Positions 1 through 8,429 of a DNA stretch of 64,000 nt are shown here, piece after piece. Made by a program: the position numbers and the translations under genes. The stretch is taken from the NCBI GenBank assembly GCA_020027965.1, contig JAHRHE010000001.1, forward strand, positions 3,704-67,703. Reading direction: 5' to 3'. The notes beneath the pieces were generated by a model. That model saw only the letters and a list, made by a program, of their open reading frames with translations. It was not told where the DNA came from and did no database searches. The DNA is from Nitrospirota bacterium (GTDB lineage Bacteria > Nitrospirota > Nitrospiria > Nitrospirales > Nitrospiraceae). Each line of letters begins with the position of its first letter. Within the stretch, counting starts at the first letter, position 1.

Positions 1-586
1 AGTGGAGTTCGTCATCTGCCCTGCAAACCACGCATTTACCACCATCCCGCTTCCAAACCTGCAGCTTGACTTGCGTGGGAATAACCCTTCGACCTAAGGG
101 GGGTTCGGAGAGCGTAGCTTTAGCTGGTTCAAGTCCTTCATTCACGGCGTGAAGTTTGAACTTAAACACGTTTCTCTTGCCGTCGTTCTCGATCCAAGAA
201 TCGACCAGCTGAAATGGACCGTTATAGGACCATATGCCTGAAGCAATCTTTTCGTAGACGCGGACGTGCTCTGGAGGACGATGACCTGCTTTATAGTCCT
301 GAGCAGCCTCGTGGAACTTTCCATTCTGCGTCAGGGTACCGCCAGGTGTTTTCTCTGGCTGATCGACTGACTTGGGATCTGTTGTTTGCTCTGTCCTTGG
401 GAGATCATGGCCTTCATAGACCAACGTCGCACCCTCGTCCAGCACCTGGTCTCTATAGGGCGCATTTTGCCTTAGCGACATTAGGATTACGGAGTAGTCA
501 CCTCCGATCCTGAAGTTCATTCCCTGTTGAAGGTTCAGGCCCTCGCGCTGGCACATCTCCGGGTAGGAGATAATCTCGTTCTCCAT
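1..586 (-). CDS. SRA/PUA-like domain + HNH endonuclease (type IV restriction-like); 3' end runs off the window
   Basis: Hand translation of the minus strand from ATG 586-584 is stop-free to the window edge, so it is absent from the ORF track. MENEIISYPEMCQREG...HVRVYEKIASGIWSYNGPFQLVDSWIENDGKRNVFKFKL is SRA-like; ...VKLQVWKRDGGKCVVCRADDELH is the start of an HNH motif. Confidence 0.6.
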   Translation of the reverse strand, partial: MENEIISYPEMCQREGLNLQQGMNFRIGGDYSVILMSLRQNAPYRDQVLDEGATLVYEGHDLPRTEQTTDPKSVDQPEKTPGGTLTQNGKFHEAAQDYKAGHRPPEHVRVYEKIASGIWSYNGPFQLVDSWIENDGKRNVFKFKLHAVNEGLEPAKATLSEPPLGRRVIPTQVKLQVWKRDGGKCVVCRADDELH

Positions 587-698
587 TGTTCACCGTTCGT
601 CTTGAGTCGCGGTAGCCAGTGCCAACCCCGTGCCTACTTCCACATTGGGACCAAGAGGATCCTGCCCACCGAGAGCCTTTTTCGCTCGTTAGTTGCGG

Positions 699-1133
699 TT
701 ACTCAAAGGGCTTCGCCTCTACCCGCACTCTGCCTATCTGGTCCCCCACGGAGAATGTTACCTCGCGCGGGTACTCCACATGCAGCTTGTCCTCGGACAG
801 CCACCAGAGCCTTAGGGGCCTAATCGATATAGCGTATGCATGATCTTTCTCGTTGTCCGAGCGAAAAATCAGATAGCCACTGGATTTAACATCAACACCT
901 GGGCGGGCCGGCTCAATATACAGCGTATGCTCCAGCGTAGAGCCCCCTTTGCACGTCCGTCTGACGTGCAGGGCAGCGAGTGCTCCGCTTTGCGTGACGG
1001 CGCGGGCCAACACTTCCTCCTCACAGCCCCAATGAGAGAAGAAGAAATAAAAATGTAGATAGACCACCAAAGTAACTGCCCCGATAACAGCCAAAATTCC
1101 AACGACCACTTTCCCGAGTCTTCGCATCGTCAT
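699..1133 (-). CDS. hypothetical membrane-anchored protein
   Basis: 144-aa ORF with an N-terminal TM helix (VVVGILAVIGAVTLVVYLHFYFFF). No family recognised. Confidence 0.5.
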   Translation of the reverse strand: MTMRRLGKVVVGILAVIGAVTLVVYLHFYFFFSHWGCEEEVLARAVTQSGALAALHVRRTCKGGSTLEHTLYIEPARPGVDVKSSGYLIFRSDNEKDHAYAISIRPLRLWWLSEDKLHVEYPREVTFSVGDQIGRVRVEAKPFE

Positions 1134-1321
1134 GGTCTTTCCTTAGAACCAACTGTTGATACTGGACAACAGGCTACTTTGTGTGCAGAAGCGTGTCAAT
1201 GCTGGGGGTTAGTGGTTCGGTGGGTTGGATGGTCAATACCGCGTAAAGGGGCGTGGGGTGATGATTGCTGAGCGAAGCGCCCTTTTCTCCCTCCTATCGT
1301 GGCCGGTGCCCTTCTGAAAAA

Positions 1322-1440
1322 GCGGGTGGCCAAGCGGACTCAGACTGCGCGCGTCCAGCGAGCACTCTATCCCCCTAGGCCCGGACCCAATGAGTCCTGA
1401 GTGCGCGCTGCGCGAGCACGTGAGGACGCTTGGCCGCCCA
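1322..1440. repeat. palindromic intergenic element, copy A (core 1346-1418)
   Basis: The core matches 54377-54449 at 67 of 73 positions by hand alignment. Flanks gcgggtggccaagcggac / gacgcttggccgcccagc are imperfect inverted repeats. Confidence 0.8.
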
Positions 1441-1460
1441 GCCCATCTTAATTCTTTTCT

Positions 1461-2129
1461 TCACATCGGCCACTCTTCCTCGTTCCACGCCATCTCCCAA
1501 AACATCCACTCATACCGCGAGCTGATGACGAAGGACTCCTCCATCCGCCGTTTCTCATCCGTCCCGGCCTCCTTCGCCCACAGATCCACCTTCTCCCGCA
1601 TCCACCGCTGGACTTCCGCGAATTCCGGCGAGGCATAGAGCATGAGCCAGTCCCGGTAAGGATGGCCGGGACTCGGCGGGCCCTTCTTCAAGAGATGCTG
1701 GCCCACCACGCAATAGATCCATGCGCAGGGGAGGGCGACCACGGTGATCTCGCAGGCCGAGCCGGTGAGCGCGACCGCCAGCATGTGCCGCGTGTACGCG
1801 TAGTTGGTTGGGGCCATTGGAACCGAGGCCATCTGCTTGGCCGTCATCTTCCAGCGTGTGCCGTAGCTTTCGTGCAGGCCGCGTTCGACTGTCATTGTCT
1901 CTTCCGCCAGTTTGTTGAAGCGAACGGCCGAGTCCGCATCAGGCGCTTTCTGCGCGGCAGCCGCGAAGACGAGAGCCAGGTCTCCCAGAAAGCGCGCATC
2001 CTGCAGGATGTAATACTTGAACTTGCGTTGGGGAAGAGTCCCATTGCCCAGGGCGACCACGAAGGGGTGGCGGAGCTGGGCGGACCAGATGGGTTGGGCT
2101 AATTTGCGGAGGTGATCTGAGAAGGACAT
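1461..2129 (-). CDS. tenA: TenA-family thiaminase II / aminopyrimidine aminohydrolase
   Basis: 222 aa. HPFVVALGNGTLPQRKFKYYILQDARFL, conserved Cys (ALPCAWIY) and C-terminal YEWMFWEMAW are typical TenA/PqqC-like motifs. It lies next to a THI5-like gene. Confidence 0.8.
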   Translation of the reverse strand: MSFSDHLRKLAQPIWSAQLRHPFVVALGNGTLPQRKFKYYILQDARFLGDLALVFAAAAQKAPDADSAVRFNKLAEETMTVERGLHESYGTRWKMTAKQMASVPMAPTNYAYTRHMLAVALTGSACEITVVALPCAWIYCVVGQHLLKKGPPSPGHPYRDWLMLYASPEFAEVQRWMREKVDLWAKEAGTDEKRRMEESFVISSRYEWMFWEMAWNEEEWPM

Positions 2130-2138
2130 GCCTGATCA

Positions 2139-3158
2139 CTACAAGAGCTTATGGCGTATGGCGTATGGTTTCGATACAAACCGGGTCGTGAAGAGTTTGT
2201 CGAGTGGCATCTTCTGTTTGATGACGCCGCGGGAGTGGAGCCAGTCGCGCACTTGTTTCCAGCGGGCGGGCTCCTGTCGAAGGTCTTTGGGAAAATAGGG
2301 GAGCGTGGCCTTGAAGGTCCTGGCCGAGAGGTCTGGGTCCGCCATCGCGTTGGCCTTCTGATACAGCCGCAACGCCTCCTCCGGCTGTTCGTGAGTCAAG
2401 GCAAGCCCTCGGGCCAGTGCTCGTGAGAAACCACGAACGATCCTGGGGCTCTGCTTGGCCATCAGGTCCGACGTGAAGACCACGAGCTGGTACAGATCCG
2501 GGACGCCGTATTGGGTCGGACTGACAAATTCGACGCTCGCGCCCTTGAGCTCCGCTTCCACCTGCTCGTAGTTCACGAAGGCTCCGAACACCGCGTCCGC
2601 CTTGCCGGTCAGCAGAGCGTCGGTCAGTGCGAACCCCACGTCCACCGGCAGGATGTCGTCGTGCGTGAGGGCCGCTGCTTTCAGCATGGTGCCGAGAATC
2701 GGCAGATCGATGGCAAGTCCAGGCCACCCGACCCGGCGGTGCCGCAGGTTCTCCAGACGTTTGATGGGCCCGTCCTTCAGGTACATCAGACAGACGACGG
2801 TGTGGGCGAGGAGCGGACCGATCGAGACGAGGGGCTGCTTCTGGTCTCGGGCCTTGATAAGATTGGTTTGCTCGCCGATGCCGAAGTCGGCCTTTCCGTG
2901 CGCGACGAGGTGCAGGGATTCTTCCGGTACGGTCGGGACCAGGATGGAGAGATCCAGTCCCTCCTCCCGGAAGAACCCCCATTCTTTCGCCACTACGATC
3001 GGCAGGTGATCCGGGTTGAGAAACCACTCGAGGGCTAGGGTGACGATCTGCAGCTCGACGGGGGTGGGCGCGGCCTTCCGACCAGAATACTGCCTCCCGC
3101 GAGGCACCGTCCCTTCGGGCTTCTTTGTACGGCGTATGCGAGCGCTGCGCTTCCCCAT
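2139..3158 (-). CDS. NMT1/THI5-like protein (HMP-P synthase-like or HMP-binding)
   Basis: 339 aa. ALEWFLNPDHLPIVVAKEWGFFREEGLDLSILVP...GKADFGIG aligns by eye with yeast THI5. Basic N-terminus with no obvious signal peptide. Confidence 0.7.
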   Translation of the reverse strand: MGKRSARIRRTKKPEGTVPRGRQYSGRKAAPTPVELQIVTLALEWFLNPDHLPIVVAKEWGFFREEGLDLSILVPTVPEESLHLVAHGKADFGIGEQTNLIKARDQKQPLVSIGPLLAHTVVCLMYLKDGPIKRLENLRHRRVGWPGLAIDLPILGTMLKAAALTHDDILPVDVGFALTDALLTGKADAVFGAFVNYEQVEAELKGASVEFVSPTQYGVPDLYQLVVFTSDLMAKQSPRIVRGFSRALARGLALTHEQPEEALRLYQKANAMADPDLSARTFKATLPYFPKDLRQEPARWKQVRDWLHSRGVIKQKMPLDKLFTTRFVSKPYAIRHKLL

Positions 3159-3189
3159 CCCTCAATCCGGCCCTCAGCACTTGGCTCTT

Positions 3190-3216
3190 AGCTATCAGCC
3201 ATAGGCCATCAGCTCC
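3190..3216. repeat. period-7 tract (CCAT family)
   Basis: agctatc agccata ggccatc agctcc, between the sthA stop and the THI5-like start. Confidence 0.7.
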
Positions 3217-3220
3217 CGGC

Positions 3221-4648
3221 TCAGTGCCCGGGTTGGGGCTCCGTGCGGTCGGCCGCCGGCCATGGACGCGGCATCCGGTTGATACCGTCCAAGGCCGCCA
3301 CCCGGTAGCATTCGGCGAGGGTCGGGTAGTTGAAGACCGTCTCGATGAAGTAGTCGATCCTTCCGCCAAAGGCCATCACTGCCTGCCCGATGTGGATCAG
3401 CTCCGTCGCGCCGTCCCCGATGGCGTGCACGCCCAACAGGTGGCGTGTTCGACGGTCGAAGAGCAGCTTCAGCATGCCGATCTCGTCGCCGATCAATTGC
3501 CCGCGCGCGATCTCGCGGTACCGCGCGATGCCCACCCCGTAGGGGACGTCGGCTTTGGTGAGCTCCTCCTCGTTGCGGCCGACCATGGAGATCTCGGGGA
3601 TCGAATAGATCCCGTATGGGAGCAGATGGATCTCCGTTTCGCAGGGGAGACCGAACGCATGGCAGGCTGCGTGGCGACCCTGCTGCATCGAGGTGGAGGC
3701 GAGCGCCGGAAAGCCCACGATGTCCCCCGCCGCGTAAATGTGGGGGACCTCAGTCTGGAAGTTCTCGTTCACGCGCAGCCGTCCCCGCTCGTCCGGCTTG
3801 ATGCCGACCGCCTCGAGATGGAGACCCTCGGTATTCCCCATGCGCCCGGCCGAGTACATGAGCGTGGAGGCCGTCACCGGCTGGCCGCTTTTCAGATTGA
3901 CCGTCACCTGACCGTCGGACGATTTCTCAATCGACACCACTTCTTCATTCAGGCGGAGCGTCACGCCGATCTCACCCATCTGGTATTGGAGGGCCTCGAT
4001 GATCTCGGTGTCCACGAACTCCAGCAGCCGTGGGCGCCGCTCCACCAGCACGACCTTCAGTCCCATGGTGGCGAGGATCGAGGCGTATTCGCAGCCGATG
4101 ACGCCGCCGCCCACGATCGTGAGGGACGTGGGAAGACGCTTGAGGGTCAGCAGGCCGTCGGTGTCGATGATGTGCTCGTCGTCGAAGGGAATGTGTGCGG
4201 GCCGCGCCGGTTTCGTGCCGGTGGCGATGACAATGTAATCGGCCGTGTGTTCGATCGTCCCCGTCGCGGTCCGGATGGCCAGGCGGTGGGGGTCACGAAA
4301 GGCGGCACAGCCTAAGATCAGATCCACATGGTTGCGCGCCATCTGGTTTTCGATGATCTCGATCTCGTGCTTCACCACGTGGTTGCAACGAAACGCCAGG
4401 TCCTCCATCGTGATGTCCTGCTTCACCCGGTAGCTGGCCCCGTAGAGGCTGCGTTGCCGGAACCCGGACAGATAGAGGACGGCCTCGCGGAGGGATTTGC
4501 TGGGGATCGTGCCGGTGTTGATGCAGACTCCGCCGACCGCCAGCTTCTGCTCGATGATCGCCACCCGCTTGCTCAGTTTGGCCGCCTGGACCGCGGCCTT
4601 CTGCCCGGCAGGGCCGGTGCCGATCACGAGTATGTCGTAATGAGCCAT
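3221..4648 (-). CDS. sthA: soluble pyridine nucleotide transhydrogenase (SthA/UdhA-type flavoprotein)
   Basis: 475 aa. MAHYDILVIGTGPAGQ FAD fold, GGVCINTGTIPSKSLREAV, second Rossmann IVGGGVIGCEYAS, C-terminal dimerisation domain. Confidence 0.85.
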   Translation of the reverse strand: MAHYDILVIGTGPAGQKAAVQAAKLSKRVAIIEQKLAVGGVCINTGTIPSKSLREAVLYLSGFRQRSLYGASYRVKQDITMEDLAFRCNHVVKHEIEIIENQMARNHVDLILGCAAFRDPHRLAIRTATGTIEHTADYIVIATGTKPARPAHIPFDDEHIIDTDGLLTLKRLPTSLTIVGGGVIGCEYASILATMGLKVVLVERRPRLLEFVDTEIIEALQYQMGEIGVTLRLNEEVVSIEKSSDGQVTVNLKSGQPVTASTLMYSAGRMGNTEGLHLEAVGIKPDERGRLRVNENFQTEVPHIYAAGDIVGFPALASTSMQQGRHAACHAFGLPCETEIHLLPYGIYSIPEISMVGRNEEELTKADVPYGVGIARYREIARGQLIGDEIGMLKLLFDRRTRHLLGVHAIGDGATELIHIGQAVMAFGGRIDYFIETVFNYPTLAECYRVAALDGINRMPRPWPAADRTEPQPGH

Positions 4649-4665
4649 CCTTCTTCCTTCGGAAG

Positions 4666-4746
4666 AAAGGTTAAGGTCGAGGCCGAGGTTGAGGCTCAGG
4701 CCGGCGCCACGAAATCTTTCCTCAACCTAAACCTTAGCCTTAACCT
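4666..4746. repeat. period-7 inverted arm pair (GGTTAAG/GTTGAGG family)
   Basis: Left arm aaaggttaaggtcgaggccgaggttgaggctcagg, right arm cctcaacctaaaccttagccttaacct. Same vocabulary as 55305-55384. Confidence 0.85.
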
Positions 4747-4759
4747 GTGCCTTCCAGCG

Positions 4760-5422
4760 TCAGCCCGCGGCGAGCGACCGCGCGGCCTTGAAGGCCGCGT
4801 CCATGTCCGGCATTTGGGCCAGCTCGGGCGTGATCTGCAGATATTTAATCACATTATCCTTGTCCACGACGAGAACCGCGCGCGCGAGGAAATGGGGGTC
4901 TTTCACCAGCAGCCCGTAGGCCTTCCCGAAGTCGCCACCGCGGAAGTCAGACAGGAAGGTAATATTCTTAATCTTGGCTTCCTTGGCGAAGCGGCCCTGG
5001 GCGAACGGCGTGTCCACGCTGACGGTGATGAACTCCACGTTCTTGTCGAGCCCGTTGTTCTTCTCGCTGAGGTAGTGCGTCTGTTGTTCACACACCGTGG
5101 TATCCAGCGAGGGGACGACACTGATAATCCGCACGGTCCCCTTGGTGTCCGCGATGTTGACTAAGGTCAGGTCTCCCTTGGCCACCTTGACGTCCCGGAG
5201 CTGATCGCCGACTTTGATCCCCGGTCCCTCCAGGGCCAGGGGAGAGCCCTTGAAGGTGACGCTGTGGCCGTCGCCGGCCGTGGCGCTCCCGTTGGCGACC
5301 GGCAGGTCCTTGTACATGAATCCCTTCTCGGCGCCCATGCCGCCCAGGTACTCACAGCCGGTGATGGCGAGGAGGGCCGCCACCCCCGCCGCAACTGTGA
5401 TGCGATGGTGATGTGCAATCAT
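4760..5422 (-). CDS. tpx: thiol peroxidase (Tpx, atypical 2-Cys peroxiredoxin) with lipoprotein signal
   Basis: 220 aa. VVPSLDTTVCEQQTHYLSEK peroxidatic Cys motif. N-terminal lipobox LLAITGC. Confidence 0.85.
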   Translation of the reverse strand: MIAHHHRITVAAGVAALLAITGCEYLGGMGAEKGFMYKDLPVANGSATAGDGHSVTFKGSPLALEGPGIKVGDQLRDVKVAKGDLTLVNIADTKGTVRIISVVPSLDTTVCEQQTHYLSEKNNGLDKNVEFITVSVDTPFAQGRFAKEAKIKNITFLSDFRGGDFGKAYGLLVKDPHFLARAVLVVDKDNVIKYLQITPELAQMPDMDAAFKAARSLAAG

Positions 5423-5501
5423 GTGATCCTCCCTTCGTCAGAGCTATATGAATGGCCTGACTGACGGGCCCTCGGGTCGTACGGACTGTATGCTCGTGCG
5501 G

Positions 5502-6452
5502 TCACCCCTGCAAGAATTTTAACAAAATCGGGTTCGCGACGTCTGGTCGTTCCCACTGGGGGATGTGCCCGGCCTCCGGGATGAGAGACAAGGTCGACCC
5601 CGCGATGGCGGCGTGCAGCGCCTGTCCAACTGCCGGCGGGAAGAGCCGATCTTCGGCGCCCCAAAGAATCAGCGTCGGGTGGCGAATCTCGGCGAACCGT
5701 TTCGCGAATCCGTCCTCCCAGAGCGGGAGATTCTTGGGGAGCGTCAGCAACGGCGGAATGAGGCCCGCACGCTTCCGGTTGAGTCTGGAACGCTCAAGCA
5801 CCACGGGGGTCAGGAGGCGGTGATCGTAAATGGCCTCCTCCAGCATGGCGGTGACCGTACTGCCGCCGAAGAGCCAATTCCCAAACTCCACCATCCAGAC
5901 CGGCACCTGCGTGTCGAGCATACGCTTGAGCGTAGGACTGGCCAGTTTCTCATGCACGTGGTCGGGGAACCCGTCGATGAGGACGAGGCGGTCGACCCGC
6001 TCGGGGTAGGTGAGGGCCATGCCAATCACCAGCCCGGCTCCCATCGAGTGACCGACCAGCGAGGCCCGCTGAATGCCGAGTGCATCCATGAATCCGCGGA
6101 ACAGCTCGACTTGCTGGGAGGGCGTATACGCAAGCTCGGGCTTGTCGGAGAGCCCCGATCCCAGCAGATCCGGCGTGATGACACGCATGGCGGTGGCGAG
6201 CGGGGCCTGCTGGTATTCAAACTGCCACATGGATCCGCTGAATCCATGGACCAGGATGACCGGCGGGCCTTGACCCGCATCCAGGTAGGCCATGCCGAAC
6301 CCCTCGACCTGCGTGGTCTTCAGAGGCAGGCGCTGGATCGATTCGAACCAGGGGGAGAAATCGGGCTGGGTTGTGCTGGCGCCCACGAGGAAAGGGACCA
6401 CCATGAGAATCCGGCGGATGACGCTGGGGGATGGTAAGGGGGAGCCCTGCAC
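5502..6452 (-). CDS. alpha/beta-fold hydrolase
   Basis: 316 aa. HGFSGS oxyanion region, GHSMGA nucleophile elbow, C-terminal His (EAGHIPQWE). Confidence 0.7.
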   Translation of the reverse strand: MQGSPLPSPSVIRRILMVVPFLVGASTTQPDFSPWFESIQRLPLKTTQVEGFGMAYLDAGQGPPVILVHGFSGSMWQFEYQQAPLATAMRVITPDLLGSGLSDKPELAYTPSQQVELFRGFMDALGIQRASLVGHSMGAGLVIGMALTYPERVDRLVLIDGFPDHVHEKLASPTLKRMLDTQVPVWMVEFGNWLFGGSTVTAMLEEAIYDHRLLTPVVLERSRLNRKRAGLIPPLLTLPKNLPLWEDGFAKRFAEIRHPTLILWGAEDRLFPPAVGQALHAAIAGSTLSLIPEAGHIPQWERPDVANPILLKFLQG

Positions 6453-6455
6453 TAC

Positions 6456-8402
6456 CTACTCCAACTGGACGAGGGTCTCGTCCGTCTTCACGTCTTCACC
6501 CTCCGTGACGTAGACGGCCACGACGGTCCCGTCAACCGAGGCAGGCACCCGGCTTTCCATCTTCATGGCTTCGATGATCAGCACGGGATCGCCGGCTCGC
6601 ACGCGGTCACCCTTCGCGACCAGCACCTTGACCACGCGGCCTGGCATCGGGGAGGCCACATCGCCCGGCTTGGCGGGTTTCGGGCGCTTCGGGACGTTCG
6701 GGCTTCCGGTTTCCGGGGCTTCCGGGACCCCCGCCAGGACCTCGTGGATCGGCTCCAGGTGCACTTCCTCCAATTTGTCGTTGACCCGGATGTAATAGGG
6801 CTTGCGCCCCTCCTTCTTCCGGCCTGATCCGGACACGCGAATATGATAGGACTCGCCGTGGACGGTGACGTTGAACTCGACCGGTGCCAGATGAAGCTCG
6901 TGGGCGACCGCCGGCCCTGCTTCCGGTGGAGGCTCCAGTTGTTCCGGCTTCAGTTCGCCGCGCGCTCGCTCGTCAAAGAACTCGCGGGCGATGGCCGGAA
7001 AGAGCGCGAACGAGAGCTGGTCTTCGGGCGACGTGACGACTCCGGACAACTCCTGTGTGATCCGTTCGAGTTCCGGCTCGAGGCGATCCGCCGGCCTGCC
7101 CTTTACCGGTTCTTCGTCTCCGATCGCCCGGGCGGCCACGTCAGGATCGAGGGGTCCGGGGGGCCGACCGTACAGCCCGAGGAAGTAGTTCTTGGTTTCG
7201 TTCGTGATCACCTTGTACCGCTCGCCGGTCATGACGTTGAGCGTGGCCTGGGTGCCGACGATCTGGCTGGTGGGGGTGACCAGCGGGGGGTAGCCCATGT
7301 CCTTCCGAACCTGCGGGACCTCCTCCAGCACCTGCTTCATCTTATCCAAGGCCTTCTGCTCGGCGAGTTGAGCCGCCAGGTTGGAGAGCATCCCCCCGGG
7401 AATCTGGGAGATGAGAATCTCTGCATCCACCCCGGTGAAGTCACTCTCGAACTGATGGTATTTCCTGCGCACTTCCCGAAAATGCTCCGAGATCGGTACG
7501 AAGGTGGGCAAGTCCAGCCCGGTATCATACGGCGTGTTCCGGAGCGCCGCCACGAGCGTTTCCGTGGGCGGATGGGACGTCCCGCCGGCCAACGGAGAGA
7601 TTGCGGTATCGAGCATGTCCAGCCCGCCCAGAATTGCCATCAGGGCCGACATCGAGGCCATCCCGGAGGTGTAGTGGGTGTGCAAGTGAATCGGGACCCG
7701 CACGGCGGCTTTCAATTTCTTCACCAACAGGTAGGCGTCCATGGGCGCCAAGAGACCGGCCATGTCCTTGATACAGAGGGTGTCGGTGCCCAGGTCCTCC
7801 AATTGCCTGGCGAGTGCGACGAAGCGGTCGAGGCTGTGGACCGGGCTGAGCGTGTAGCAGAGGGCCGCTTCCACGTGCCGGCCGCAAGCCTTCGCCGTCT
7901 GCATGGCCCGCTCCATATTCCGCACGTCATTGAGCGCATCGAAGATTCGGAACACGTCGATGCCGTTGAACGCCGCGCGCTCGATGAACCGATCGAGCAC
8001 ATCGTCCGGATAATGCCGGTATCCCACGATGTTCTGCCCGCGCAGAAGCATCTGCAGCTTGGTGTTCGGCATGGCGGCACGGAGCGCCCGGAGGCGTTCC
8101 CAGGGATCTTCCTTGAGGAAGCGCAGGCAGGTGTCGAACGTCGCGCCGCCCCAGACCTCCAGCGACCAGTAGCCGACGCGGTCCAGCTTCTCGGCGATGG
8201 GGAGCATGTCCTCCGTGCGCATCCGAGTCGCCAGGAGAGACTGGTGGCCGTCCCGCAGGGCCACGTCCGTGATCAGGAGCCGCTTAGGCGGCGCCGCCTC
8301 AATGTCAAGCGGCGGCGCCCCCGCCTTCTTGCCAACCCACGCCGGCTTCTCTTTCCTTGGCGGTTGCGGCTTCTTTCCCTTTAGAATTCTTTCACGCTTC
8401 AC
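6456..8402 (-). CDS. pycB: pyruvate carboxylase subunit B (carboxyltransferase + biotinyl carrier domain)
   Basis: 648 aa. ITDVALRDGHQSLLATRMR, HLHTHYTSGM, C-terminal biotinylation motif IEAMKME. GTG start lies inside a heptamer tract. Confidence 0.85.
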   Translation of the reverse strand: MKRERILKGKKPQPPRKEKPAWVGKKAGAPPLDIEAAPPKRLLITDVALRDGHQSLLATRMRTEDMLPIAEKLDRVGYWSLEVWGGATFDTCLRFLKEDPWERLRALRAAMPNTKLQMLLRGQNIVGYRHYPDDVLDRFIERAAFNGIDVFRIFDALNDVRNMERAMQTAKACGRHVEAALCYTLSPVHSLDRFVALARQLEDLGTDTLCIKDMAGLLAPMDAYLLVKKLKAAVRVPIHLHTHYTSGMASMSALMAILGGLDMLDTAISPLAGGTSHPPTETLVAALRNTPYDTGLDLPTFVPISEHFREVRRKYHQFESDFTGVDAEILISQIPGGMLSNLAAQLAEQKALDKMKQVLEEVPQVRKDMGYPPLVTPTSQIVGTQATLNVMTGERYKVITNETKNYFLGLYGRPPGPLDPDVAARAIGDEEPVKGRPADRLEPELERITQELSGVVTSPEDQLSFALFPAIAREFFDERARGELKPEQLEPPPEAGPAVAHELHLAPVEFNVTVHGESYHIRVSGSGRKKEGRKPYYIRVNDKLEEVHLEPIHEVLAGVPEAPETGSPNVPKRPKPAKPGDVASPMPGRVVKVLVAKGDRVRAGDPVLIIEAMKMESRVPASVDGTVVAVYVTEGEDVKTDETLVQLE

Positions 8403-8427
8403 GCTTTACGTCTCACGCTTCACGGGT
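8393..8427. repeat. period-7 tandem tract (CACGCTT x5)
   Basis: cacgctt cacgctt tacgtct cacgctt cacgggt spans the pycA-pycB junction and the pycB start codon. Confidence 0.85.
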
Positions 8428-8429
8428 TT

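Noticed and set aside
3159-3220. TPP riboswitch upstream of the THI5-like/tenA pair.
   Set aside because: Only 62 nt are available, and they contain a CCAT heptamer tract. CTGAGG is present, but the THI-box core (CUGAGA ... ACCUGAUCUGGAUAAUGCCAGCG) is not recognisable.
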